A stretch of DNA of 60,825 bases, counting the filler, from Hausera hauseri (Eukaryota), in assembly GCA_046269625.1 (NCBI GenBank). It is 11 parts of 11 records of this genome, joined end to end, with 100 filler letters (N's around TTAATTAATTAA, not from the genome) between each part and the next. Parts side by side here need not be neighbours in the genome. Positions count along the whole stretch, not along the records: positions 36,443 to 41,196 come from JBJURY010449135.1; positions 41,297 to 46,025 come from JBJURY010458801.1; positions 46,126 to 50,373 come from JBJURY010677550.1; positions 50,474 to 56,502 come from JBJURY010150866.1; 7 more parts are not named here. The stretch is one strand, 5' to 3'. Positions 37,606-50,539 of this stretch are shown here, piece by piece. The notes under the pieces were generated by a model, which saw only the letters and a program-made list of their open reading frames with translations, did not search any database and was not told where the DNA came from. Position 1 is the first letter of the stretch; every line of letters starts with the position of its first letter. Made by a program: the position numbers and the translations under genes.

Positions 37606-40600
37606 ATGAATTCTTTGCCAACCGCAGACACCACGGATAAAGTCACCACGAAACCAAACCCCATTTTACTAGTCAAAAAATTCACTACTACTTCTGCTAA
37701 TAACTCTTCAACTCCTACTTCTTACGCTGATTTCCCTTAATACACTGAATTCTTTATCGACAACCAAGGCTGCAGCAAAACTTGGTTGCAATTTCACCAA
37801 CTGTGGCCACAAGCAAACAACGTTACCAATTCCTTAACTAAAGCACGCAACCTCCTTTTCTTCCTCCCTAACAATATTAATACACAAATTCATAACATTA
37901 TTAAAATTTTCGAACGTCCTGATCCGTATTCACAACTCTTCAAAGCCGTTCTTAAGATCACAGAAGTCTCAATGGGCACTATCATACAACGCTTCTTTCA
38001 CGACAACGCCATAGGTACACTACGACAATCACACTTTTTACGTACTTCTTTGGCACACCTACAAACCCTCGGTGTCACGAAAGAAAATAATCCAGAATTG
38101 CTTCGCCACTACTTCCTCAACGCGTTGCCCATCCAAATTTGGGCACTACTTACCGTCGTGGAGGACTCCACGGCTCTTGAAAAAGTGGCCTAATTAGCCG
38201 ATAAGACATATGACGTTTTGTACTTAGAATCCCTACCAATCGTTTCGGCGGCAATCGCTGCAAATGGTAATCAAAACAACAACGCAACGATAGAACAACA
38301 GCTAAATCAGCTACGTGCTAAAAATGCAGCACTGCAACGCAACAATTAACAATACTAATAATAAATTGAATGAACTTTCGCTGTCCCGCCGAAGGAATTT
38401 TGTCACTGATCGCGCCAATTCTGTACCTAGAAACCGGTCACAGTCGCCTGCGCGGTCGCCTATCTGCTATTATCACAGCAGATTCAATAAAAGTGCAAAA
38501 AAATGCGGACCAGGGTGCAGATTTTACAATAAAAGTTTTTTTGGACACTGTTGTTTGCATTTACCAGGCAAAGTTTAAAAATCAAGCACTTAAGTGCATT
38601 GCAGGCTGCACTTTCAAAACAGATACGAACGACGGACGTGCTACCTTTTCTTCTAATAGTCGTCCTAGTTCACCTTTCTAAAAAACTAAGTTTGCCGCCA
38701 GATGTCACGGAAAACTGTGACAAAGGCATTGCTTCACCTTCTGAATGCCGACACGCCTCTTTTTGCGGTCTTTACTCTAAAGGCTGCATCACTGTTCCCA
38801 CAACGCAATCCGTTGATTTCCTCATTGATACAGGTGCAGCAATTTCTTTATTGTCATAAACCTTTCCTGTCCAAAATTTATCTTTCAAAATCAAATCTTT
38901 ATACACCGATTCGGGTCAACCGGTGCACATTTCTGGCATGGCTAAACTATCTTTTACCCTACCAAATTTCCTTCACCTTTCCACTAAACGTTCACAGTTG
39001 CTAATGTTCAGACGGCAATTTTAGATTCTGATTTTTTTACCACATTATAATTGTTGGTTGACTGCAGTCAACGATGTCTGAGGAGTGGTATCACTGGCAG
39101 CGTTAGTGAGCATATAAATAGCATTTTGACTACCGCGCAGTCGATCGAGAAGCGGAGATCAGTTATAAGTAAATCAAAAACTACTTTTAATTTTCGTAAC
39201 AATTACATTTCATTTCGCAAATTTTTAAACTATAACATTGATATTCAGTCGAGGTTTAATGTCGATAATTGTGGTACTGTTACTTAAGTTAATTCACTCG
39301 ACGAAATCACTTCATCCAACACCATTTTCAATTCCACCGTTTTGCACCAAATACCAATTGACTTTATACCCGCAAACAATTCACAAATTGCATCCGCTAC
39401 TACTTAAGCTGCTTCACCATCATTACCGAATCTCTCGTAGTTGCCTGCAAGTTTGCAGCAATTCGTCAATACATTATGCCCATGCGTACTTAAAAAAGAT
39501 CGTACGTTTACTCCTGCAAACAGTACTTTGCACCACATAGTTAAACAGCACCAACGACCAATACGTCAAAAGGTACGACCACTTTCACCCCGTCGTAGGC
39601 ATGCCGTTGGAGCCGAATTTCTTGAACTAAAACGCTCCGGCATTGTACGCCGTTCCAAATCCCCTTGGTTGTCACATTTACATGTATAAAAAAGGACGGA
39701 ACTTTTAGACCATGTGGAGATTACTGACAGTTGAACAACTTGACCATTATGTTTGCGTACCCCCTAGCACTCATCAAGGATATCTTGCATCGCCTTCATT
39801 CAACCGCAGTTTATTCGAGCATAGATTTGGCCAAAGCATATCACCAAATACCGGTGGCACCCGATGACAGAAAAGACTGCTGCCACTACTACTTTTGGTT
39901 TCTACGAGTACCCGTTTATGCCATTCGGTTTGCGAAATGCCGTACAAACTTTTCAGCGACACATTGACTCAATTCTCTCAGATTTCCCGTCTGCGTACCT
40001 TTACATCGATTATATTCTGGTCGTTTCGTCTTCAGCCAAAAAGCACGAGGAACACCTCGTGAAATATTCCAACGCCTTAAACACTATAATCTGCAAGTCA
40101 ATTTTGACAAATGCCATTTCTTCAAAAAGCGCATCAACTTTTTGGGCCATTCTCCCAAACCAGATCCGGTTGAAGCCCTTAAGAATATCGAGTTACCACG
40201 TACGACCACTGAAATGCGCAGCTTCCTTGGTACACTACACTTTGCACATAAATATGTACCATATTGTTCTCACTTAAGCGGCGGCAAAAAGAAGCAGCCA
40301 ATTCAGTGGACACCTGAATTGGTTGATAAGTTTGATAAGCTACGTGAAGGAATTAAGACCGTCGACATTCTCGTTTTCCCCTAGCCTGACGCGGAACTTA
40401 TCCTTACCACAGACGCTTCAACCATTACGGTAGATGCTATGCTTCATCAAATCAACAAAGGAGAAAACCAACCGCTGGAATTTTTCTCTCGTAAGTTAAC
40501 ACCCCCTGAAACTAGATACTCAACGTTCGATAGAGAATTATTGGCCATTGTTCCGCTTTAAAGCAGTTCTCCCACCTACTTGTCGCTCGCCATTTTACCA

Positions 40601-41196
40601 TACAGATCGAGCATAAGCCCTTAGCTAACATCATGGCTATGAAACAGCCTTCTACACGCCAAGAACGACAAATATCATATTTGTCAACATTTAACTTCGA
40701 CATAAAACATATCAATGGAGTTAATAATTTAGTTGCCGATTTTTTATCTAGGTCGGTTAGTTCGATTAATTTTTCACCAATCTTCACTCAAGCACAACTT
40801 CAACAGAACCACCATCTCAGGACATGCTTAATTCTTTCAAGTCTTGCACAATTATTGACGGCGTGGCTTTAGACACTTCCAAACCAGGTCATTCAGGAAT
40901 AATTCATGCACCACCTCTGCAGGTGCAAGCATTTAATAGTGTACATTCGCTACACCACCCTGGAGCTAAAGCCACTTTTCATTTACTCTACGGACAAGTA
41001 ATTTAACCGTCAATGCGTTCCGATGTACAGGCATGGGTGTGTGGCTTGATAAAAATACAAAACAACTAAGCATCTAAAGCCATCACTATTCCACTTTCCC
41101 TGCACATCGCGTTTCGAATCCGTGCACATTGACATCGTTGGCCCTCTTCCTCCAGACAACGGTCATCAATTCATCCTCACCATGTTGGACCGTTTC
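37606..41196 (+). mobile_element. Degenerate Ty3/Gypsy, CsRn1-like clade (copy B), truncated in integrase by the contig end
   Basis: Colinear with copy A: WLQFHQLW, ELLRHYFLNALP, CYYHSRFNKSAKKCGPGC, FLIDTGA, RPIRQKVRPL, IDLAKAYHQI, MPFGLRNA, NLVADFLSR, HHPGAKAT, VHIDIVGPLP. Confidence 0.93.
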
Positions 41197-41296
41197 NNNN
41201 NNNNNNNNNNNNNNNNNNNNNNNNNNNNNNNNNNNNNNNNTTAATTAATTAANNNNNNNNNNNNNNNNNNNNNNNNNNNNNNNNNNNNNNNNNNNN
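41197..41296. other. Artificial contig linker
   Basis: Same N44-TTAATTAATTAA-N44 structure. Confidence 0.98.
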
Positions 41297-42000
41297 TATT
41301 CCGTTAGAATTGTGTCAAAAGATCCAACCATATTAATGCTGAGAAGTCTGCCCTTGATTTACAACCGCATTTATCTGATTGTCAGAATGATATTGTGAGG
41401 GAAATTGTTAATGAAATTGTTAATCCAACTGGTGATTCTTTCTGAACTGTTTTTATTGGACCTTTCTGCCTCAGCAGGCGTTTCCAGAACAAACATCTTC
41501 TGTTTTTTATTCAACCTGAGAATCAGCTGAAAACACAAGAAAGATGGTAGGCACATTCTGAAGATTTGAACGAGTTCGATCCAGGGCCATCCGATAGGCA
41601 AACTAGGCGTCAACTGAGTGTCGCACGCTTTAGAGGGACACAGGACTGACCTTTAATGTCAAAATTTTAAAAACGTTGCTAGTTTGTGAAATGAATATAA
41701 TTATTCAGGCCAGACACCAAGACCACCCAATCATTGACTAAAATACTGACCAGATCGCTGAATTTCCTGTATTTTAAAGAAGGTTATTTTAAATAGAGAA
41801 TAGCCCAGTCTGTGGTCCTTACTTTCATGCACGGTTCAACTGTATTCCAGTGCTACAACGACTGGATGTAGATTCAAGTGTGGTGGATGACTAGAAGTTT
41901 TTTCATGCTCCATACGCTGCATATCGGTTACGCGAGTAATCAGTATCATTCCCATTGAGAAAGAACAGGTTTCAGAATAAAATAAACACATTTATAAAAG

Positions 42001-42642
42001 GCGCCATATTTTATCAGCGCGTCTTACTAGAAATTAACAAAGATTTTTCAATATAAACACTTGTTAACTACATCCTACCATCCACAATGGAATGGTATGG
42101 TTGAACGAATGAATCGAATAATTCAAGGTATCCTGTCCACAAAAGTCGCCCATGGTAAGAAAGAATGGCACCAACATTTAAAAACAACTGCATTCGCGAT
42201 AAACATTACACCTACGAAAAGCACCAATTATTTACCATTTGAATTAATGTTCGGACGATTAACATTATTACCATTAGATACTGAATTACTACCATCTTCC
42301 TTGAAAACAAGTTACCACATGGATGTAAAATATTAAGATTTGCTAAACCGACTTGAGTATTTTCAAAAGGAATCTAAAAAATGTGAGCAAAAATACAAAG
42401 CCGGTTACAACAAGCAGTTTAATAAAAAGGCACGTCCACATACTTACAAAATTGGAGATTATGTAATGATACATTATCCCGCTGTAAAGAGAGGAAAATC
42501 GTTGAAACTGACACGCACATGTCAAGGACCATATAAAGTCGTAGATGTACGCCCACAAACAATTTTATCCAAAAAGGACCAAACAAATACAAAGCCGCAT
42601 CTGTATAAAGAGTTACGAGAGCTTCATAAAAAACAGAGCTAG
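42001..42642 (+). mobile_element. Ty3/Gypsy integrase C-terminal half
   Basis: TTSYHPQWNGMVERMNR, PFELMFGR, YKIGDYV, KL..TCQGPYKV (GPY/F module). Confidence 0.88.
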
Positions 42643-42755
42643 AATCCCCAGAAACGGTAGAATCGAAAGTAGCAGTTTTGTCTCTGAGAAACGATATAGA
42701 TAATCATGAATCTAATAGTTACAGAGTTCACCTTATTTCGGATAGATACTTCGGT

Positions 42756-44150
42756 ATGGTTTTATTTGTTTTCCTTGCGTTCTTGAAACTCAGCCGCTGC
42801 AGACAACAATACTGAATTGATCCAACGTACAACCATTACACATGTCGATAAAAGCAAACCTAGTATTTGCTTCAGAACGCCTATACCAGTTTATCCGCGA
42901 CGTGAAATAAAACTTGTATTCATGTCGTCAGATAATGTATTGACCAGTTGTTCAATCCAAGAAAAACACCGCAAAATATGTTGTCAACTGCGTTACAATA
43001 CTTCTTATACTTATTACGCGCTACTAAAACCTCTGATCAAGATGAATATGTTGCGGAATGGAAATCAAACATAAATATGCACATTTCCACTTACGGTATC
43101 ATCGGATTCCTGGCTGACTCAGACTTACCAAATTACTACACATTTACCACCCGATTCTTAGAGAATAATCTGGAAATCGTAGATTTCAATCCAACTACTC
43201 CATGTATAAATTTTCACACTATACGACTTTTACCTCTTGGATACGAAATCAATATATATTATTATTCTTACCCCAGATTTGTTCTGCAATCACATTCATG
43301 TCATCTGAATGGCGCACATGATCAGGTATGCTGTACTCTTTATACCGACATCTGGTATTCACTTCGTTTCGACATGTACTTAAGGATAGGTGACAATCCT
43401 TCCAACTGTATACACTCTTCCCGATTTCCATTGTTTATCTTCATTAAGCACGCACAACTAGCATCGATTCCGCGTTAAATAGTGGGTATACTTACTAAAA
43501 CTAGAACTACCACACTTATTCCTATATGAACTACCCGGGTAGTCAGCCCTAAGGGTAGGGAAAAAGATGGTGGAATATATAGAAATGATGAAGATAACAA
43601 GCAACAGTCAAAGCCGAAATTAAGCCAACAAATATTTCACGGAAAACTTATGAATCAGTTTCCAATGAAATTCAAGTTATAACCTTATACAAATAAAATA
43701 GAAATAATAATTTCTCAAGAAATACGAGGAAGAATTCGAATAACATGTACGAGTATTCACGAGAAAGTTAAAATCGAATTCTCCAAAGATAAACGAAATT
43801 TCTATGAAGGTTTAACACCAGCTACAAATTATTTTATGAATATACAAACAAATGATAATTCAAAATTATTGGCTATAAAACCATTACATACAGCTGATCG
43901 ATATCAACACATAATATATGACGAAGAAGATGAAAAAATGAAAAAAACCACACCTTTACCGGATACTACAGAATCAAACCCTCTTAAATATTGGTGGATA
44001 ATTGCAATAGTGATTTGATTCGGCAAAATATGTTTAATCGTAGTGAAATACAGTAACAAAGTGAAATGTAAAAGAAAGAGAAATAAAGAATATCACTACT
44101 TGATAATTCGAAGAAACAAAAATTACGAAATAATTCGAGACAATCGAAAC
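42756..44150 (+). pseudogene. Disrupted type-I membrane-protein ORF downstream of integrase (signal peptide, two FN3-like repeats, TM, basic tail)
   Basis: MVLFVFLAFL..SAAA^DNNT (needs one frameshift); two repeats sharing P.I.F.T...EI...VL.S..C...H..(I/V)CC.L....Y; KYWWIIAIVI*FGKICLIVV followed by KCKRKRNK. Confidence 0.5.
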
Positions 44151-46025
44151 TAAAAGACTGTGAAGACAAGTAATATTGAACCACAGAACATTTCAAATGT
44201 CATACCACTAATTCAGAATGAAATTCATAGAATAGAAGAATACTCACAAACCCATAGAATAGAGGAATACTCGCAAACTACCTTCTGTTTTTACCCTTTT
44301 TATTAATTGGATTGAATAAAGATGACTTGTAGGAAATTTTGGTAAAACATTGGTATATAATTCTTGTGATTGTCGGACCAATCATAATGAGTTACTTTAG
44401 TAAGAGTGTCTTAACCAATCGAATAAGAGAACTAATTTAAATTCACCTGTGTGCTGACATAAAAAGATACAAATTAATGATATTTCAGCAAATTTTCAGT
44501 TTAACAATTGACAACATATCTAGTAAAAGGATCAACGCTGTCGAAATGGAAAGCATAACTAAAGCGAAACACACAAAGATTAACGCTCTTGAAACAGCAA
44601 GCACAAATTCCAGACGAATTATTGCAAATGTTTCCGAAATGGGAGGCACAAGAAACTCCACAGGATCAGAAACAAAGGAAGAAACCGATAATATGGAAGG
44701 AATCACAAAATTTCAGTGATTCGCCAAACCATATCATATTCATTTTATGACAAGATAATCGCTCATCTTGACCGGGATAACCAATTCATCGACGAAGTAT
44801 CAAAAATTCCAAATTATTTCAAATATGGAGAAACTAGGAACAGACGCTTGCTTCCATTAAAATTATACCATTTTGACCCCATACTCCAACTTTAACAATG
44901 GATAGACGAAAATAAATGAATAATCGTTCATATGGCGTTAGTCAGAATACAGATAAATTTCCGCAAATTAGATAATAAAAAAGATCGAACAGAGATTATT
45001 AACCATCAAGAATCGTTGAAAATCAATTATACAGTAGACCAAAAAGGAACAAAAATTGTCACAAGAGAGATGTTAACTATTGGTCTAATTGAAGTTTACG
45101 TTGCAGAACAGACATATTCAATGCCAGAACGAAGAGGAACTACGAAGAGGATACAATATTTTATTAACGGACAAAGCGAAAAGCACGAGATACCTAGCAA
45201 TATAATTTGCGTACGGAAAACGATCGAATGGAACATAGATTCCACTACCTATTGAAATTATCATCGCAGAAGCAAACGGTGACATTATTTTCTCCGAAAT
45301 AATATCCCTAGAAGAGTAATAGAAATCGACACAAGATAGACTGGGATAAAATCCAAACAGGAATGGATGCACCAAAGCTCAGAGCTAAAGTTATTAAATT
45401 GATTTTAAGATTTAAAATCGTAGCGTTAGAAGCATACAAAACGCTTAATGTGCTTTGCATACCAATTAACCGAACTTGCGCAGTTGTTGATCCTATGAAG
45501 AATGTGGAGAACATCTCAAAGCAACCGATAACGAATATGTCAAATGATCGAGCTTTTAAAGTTGCCCAATTTTCCAAATACCACAAAAGGAATAGTCCAG
45601 TTAACAATGGAAGCACATAAGAGATCGATTGACCACTATTGATGGACACCTATTGACTCCCAAGGAAATATGCTTACTTATGGAGATTTGATGAATCGAA
45701 AGCCAAAATACATTGGTTCAATGAAATGAAAATTCGATGTTTAGGCAACTTTAGAAAAGGAACAAAAGCCAAGCACATTTCAACAAAAAATGAGATCGAA
45801 CAAGACGAATTTGACATGCCGAATTGCTAAATATCAGAAGGACAAGCACATGATGTAAATGAAAGCGAACCAAAGAAAATATTAGTAAAAAGGAAATGCG
45901 ATCCGACAGCACAAGTCCCAATATCTACCGAAACTGAAACTGTTGAAATGAATGAACTTAGGCGTCAATTAATTATGGCAATGATGGACCCGAAGAGAAC
46001 GAAAATTCAAGAGAATGGAATATTG

Positions 46026-46125
46026 NNNNNNNNNNNNNNNNNNNNNNNNNNNNNNNNNNNNNNNNNNNNTTAATTAATTAANNNNNNNNNNNNNNNNNNN
46101 NNNNNNNNNNNNNNNNNNNNNNNNN
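46026..46125. other. Artificial contig linker
   Basis: Same N44-TTAATTAATTAA-N44 structure. Confidence 0.98.
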
Positions 46126-49100
46126 TGATATGCAGTAGTACTTAGTCGTTCAATTTCGAAAATCTTAGAAATTTTGTCAAATAATTTGCCTGTAAAATTT
46201 CTTCCTCTATTGGTTAGTATTTGTTCGGGCGGTCCGTGTCTGCAGATGATTTTCTTTACTACTGCGTCGGCAAAGTTTCCGCTTTTTGACCGATTAGTGC
46301 GATCAATTCCACAAAATGCGTTAAACTATCTAAGCATGTCAAAATATATTTGTTATTTTTATGAGTTGTAAGCAAAGGTCCTACTATATCCATAGACATA
46401 GCTTGCATAGGCCTGTCTGGTACGTCGATCGGTTTTAATTCTGCTATATAGTTTTTCACTTTTCTTTGTTTCGTTGCACAGACTTCACAAGCGTCCACCC
46501 AATTTTTCACGTCAATATAAACACTTGGCCAGTAGTACTTATTCAGTATACTTTTTAATGTTTTCTTCCATAATATATGTCCAGCTAAATGTGAATCATG
46601 TTCAGCCATTAACACTTCCGTCCGTATTCCTTTTGAAATAACTACCAATTTTCGTCCCTTTTGTTTGTAATATAGAATATTATCAGGATTTGATGCACAA
46701 TATTTGTGTCAGTGTCTCTGTAAGTGTTTCTTTAGTTGACGTCCTTTTGATATCTCGTCTTTCTCTACAAATTTAACTATTTGCAGGATGACTTTATCTT
46801 TAGCTTGTTCTTCAGAAATTCTGATCGTTTTATTTAGTGTCAGGGTCTGCTGTGGCTGGACCAATTCTTCGAGTTGGGCTCTTTTCATGGTCGTAATTAT
46901 GCTTTTCTTTGTTTTAAGTCTTGATAGATCGTCTGCGTCGATGTGTTTGTTTCCCGGTTTATATTGAAATTCAATATTGTATCGCGAAATTTCCTCAATC
47001 CACCGATTTAATCTGCATGTCGGGTTATTAACCGTCCTTTTAACTTCGTGACAGCTTTGTGATCGGTAACTGTAACAATTTTCTGCCCGTAGACGTAGAC
47101 ATTAAAATGTATTAAGGCGCCTTTTACGGCTAGTGTTTCTAGTTCAGTGACTGAATAGCTTTTCTCAGCTTGCTTAAGCGATCGTCCTCCGTATTCAATT
47201 GGATGTTCTAATTCTTCGTCTTATCGTTTTTGAGCCAATTCATAATCAGTTCCTTCTTTGCTCGCATCCGTCTTGATTATGAATGGTAAGTTAAAATTGT
47301 GGTATCTCAACGCTGGTTAACTTGTTAAAATGTTCTTCATTTCGTCGAACGCCTTCTGTTCTACATCAAACCATTTCCATTTGATGCCTTTTTTCAATAG
47401 TTCATATAATGGCGCATTTATTTTCGAGTTGTCCGGTACGTTGGTGATATAATACCCGCATAAGCCTAACCAATGTCTTAATTCTTTCTGATTTTGTGGT
47501 TCCATACAATGGGATATTTTGCTCAATAAGGATTTGTCTGGCTTCGATACTCCTTCTCCAACTATATGTCCAAGATAAGACACAACATTTTGCGCCCATT
47601 TATATTTCTTTGGGTGCAGTTTCAATCCTGCCTGTTCCAATCGCATAAGAGTATCTTCGATGTTTCTTAGATGTTCGTTTTCTGTTTTTGATGCTATCAT
47701 TACATCATCTAAATATTCAAACGCATGGTCCAGTCCCACTTACATCTTATTCATTATTCTGGTAAAAATAGCTGGGCCGGTTATTATACCAAACGGCATG
47801 ACGTTAAATTCATAAACTCCGTCGTGCGTCTTGAACGCTGTTTTATAACGATCATCTTTTTCAATTTTCACTTGCCAGTATCCTGATTGTAAATCCAATG
47901 TGGTAAACCATTTTGTTCCTGATAGTCGGTCTGAAGCTTCTTTCGCTGATGGTAGTGGAAATAAATCCTTAATCACAAGTATATTTAAGGCTCTGTAATC
48001 TATATAGAATCGGTGTTTAGTGGTACCTTTTTTCTTGACCATGAGTATTGGTGAGTACCAAGATTAGTAGCTTGGTCGTATTATGTCAGCCTTTAACATA
48101 CGTTCTACTTCTTTGGTTATTTCAGGTCTTAGTGAATGCGGTGGTGGATACCATTTAGGCATCTTTTGCTCTTCCAAATCAATTTCATCATTAGAGCCAG
48201 GTTTCTTTTTTAATGGAATGGTTAATCTTAAGGTTTTTGCTCTGCCTATATCTTCTTCATTTTGGGCAATAATCGATTTATATCTGCATAGTAATTCATA
48301 AAATTGACTGTAGGCTTCTGGTGAAAACTTTGTTTCAACATGAGGTGGAAATTCGGCATATTTGTATGGTTTTTCTTCGATTGTTATTGCCAATACCTTA
48401 TATGTATGGCCCAATATAGTATTGGCATACAACTTTACTGGCGTTGTTGCATTGTTTACTAATCTGATTGGTACTCGTCTCGTCGTAACTCTTGTTAATA
48501 CGTTGCTGAATGATATTGGGGTTAACATCTTCTTGCGGCTCAAAGTAAACTGGTTGGTCGCCTTCTTCTCGAATCTGGGCATAAATTAACATTTCGGTTC
48601 TGGACGGAATATTTTCGACGACGGGAATCCATACTTCTCCTAGTTTCCTTTCTTTCATCGTTTTTATCCCTTTCACTAGTGCGAGTTCAGGTAGTTTTCC
48701 AGTCTGCAAATTTATTGCGATATTGGGTAATTGTTTCAGTATATCACAACCTAACACTACATCATCGGTTAGTTGATCCATTATGGCAAACTCGTGTCGA
48801 AGAATTTGACCCATTAATTGAACTAGAGGACTCCACTTAAACTTTGGTTTGGATTCTTGCCCCAAGGTTCCTATTCTGCTTGGATCTGACGACGATGCTG
48901 GCTGCAGCTGTTTTCGGAGTGCCGGCGCTATTGATTCTAACTTAATAAACGATTTTTCTGATCCGGTGTCGATTAAGGCATAGACTGTCCAATCTTCAAT
49001 GGTAAATTTTGTGAAGGGTCCCCCTTCCATAACTGTTCCATAACAATTTGACACGTCCTTTGGTCGTTTAATTGAAGAAATCTTATGTCCGTTTATCGTT

Positions 49101-50373
49101 GTTTCTGGTGGTAAAATGATATTTTCGGTCAACTGTTTCAGTTCTTTGTTAGGGTATAAGATGTTGATAGCTATGCTACCTGTGTTGTTTGTAATTAATT
49201 GTTCTTGTATTATTGTGTTTTGGTGTGATTCCCTTCCTTGTATTCCCCAAACTATCGATCTTGATTCTATATTACGAGCTATCCTTGGTGAGTACAAAAT
49301 TTTATGGTCATCTTCCGCTCGTCGCTGATTAATGATTTGCATTTTCTTCAATACTCCGTATGATTTTGTTCCTTCATAAGGGTCTTCATAGCTGACGGGT
49401 TTCCCATGGATTTCCGATTTGTATGACATCATAGATGTTCTGTCACATTCTTCATATATTGGAACTGTTGGCGGCATGATGGGTAACGGTGCCTTAATTA
49501 CTGAATACATTCTGTGTCCCTTTTGTCTGAGGATTGCTTCTCCTCCCTTAGGCTCGTCATCATCGGAGTTATCTCTTTGTTTTCTTGATTTCTTAACTTT
49601 GCATCTCCCTAAGAATGTGGATCTTGCTCGGCGTTTAGAATTTTAATAGCCGACATGCCGATAAACGTCGTTTTTCCATCGATTTTCTTCGTATGCCTTG
49701 AGCATTTTACCGAAAGGCGTGATAATTGCGGTTAAAATCTTGCAAGAAAATCCTGTTAGCGTGAATATTTCGTATACATTTATAACCGCTTGAATTACTG
49801 CCTTTATTACCTGTATAAAAAATTGCTAAATATCCGGATGCGGCTTGTCCAAAGATTAAAAATCTTCCCCATATTTTGTAGAGTATTTCCATGGTTACTT
49901 GTTGGTAATGGTTTGCACCAAGCAGGGATTTCCCTTTAGCCTGGTAACGGGTGTCGTCTACTACTGATGCCATAGCTCGGTTTAATTCGTGTGTTCGCTG
50001 CCGTGGAAAAGCGAGAAATTGTCGGAAAGCTTCGATCTACTTTGGTCTGTAAATGCCCTTTTGTGACGTATCCTGGAACTTATCGTCGGTAATCCCTTTC
50101 GCTAAATTAGTCCCAGTTAGTTTTTTAGGAATGATAGTGACACCTCCATTAGGTAAACTAACCCAATCCGCTTCACTGCGCCTAAACATAGGTTCACCCA
50201 AACTTGCCTTACAATCCTTTAAGATTGTAGGTTACGTTGCGTTGTCTAGCAACAACCTGGTGAGGGCCATGGCTAAGTGTGGAGGGCGTTCTTATATACA
50301 TCGTTTTTCTTCGACATTAATTGGTACATCTATTTTCTCGCACTCATATTTTAGTAGACCTTCGCCAGTAACT
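46126..50373 (-). mobile_element. Degenerate Ty3/Gypsy element (pro-RT-RNaseH-INT), a different family from copies A and B
   Basis: ALIDTGS; RFYIDYRALN, LDLQSGYWQV, KTAF, VMPFG, YLDDV; KTDAS; HDSHLAGH..YYWP..CEVC, SMDIVGPL. Confidence 0.93.
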
Positions 50374-50473
50374 NNNNNNNNNNNNNNNNNNNNNNNNNNN
50401 NNNNNNNNNNNNNNNNNTTAATTAATTAANNNNNNNNNNNNNNNNNNNNNNNNNNNNNNNNNNNNNNNNNNNN
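50374..50473. other. Artificial contig linker
   Basis: Same N44-TTAATTAATTAA-N44 structure. Confidence 0.98.
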
Positions 50474-50539
50474 TGATGGTTGCTTGACCACTTGCATCAA
50501 TGACATATTTGCGGACTTTTCTCTTTAATGCTGTAGCAA

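Noticed and set aside
42001-46650. Integrase halves on either side of the 46026 linker as parts of one element
   Set aside because: Opposite strands, overlapping homologous positions with different sequence, and separate contigs
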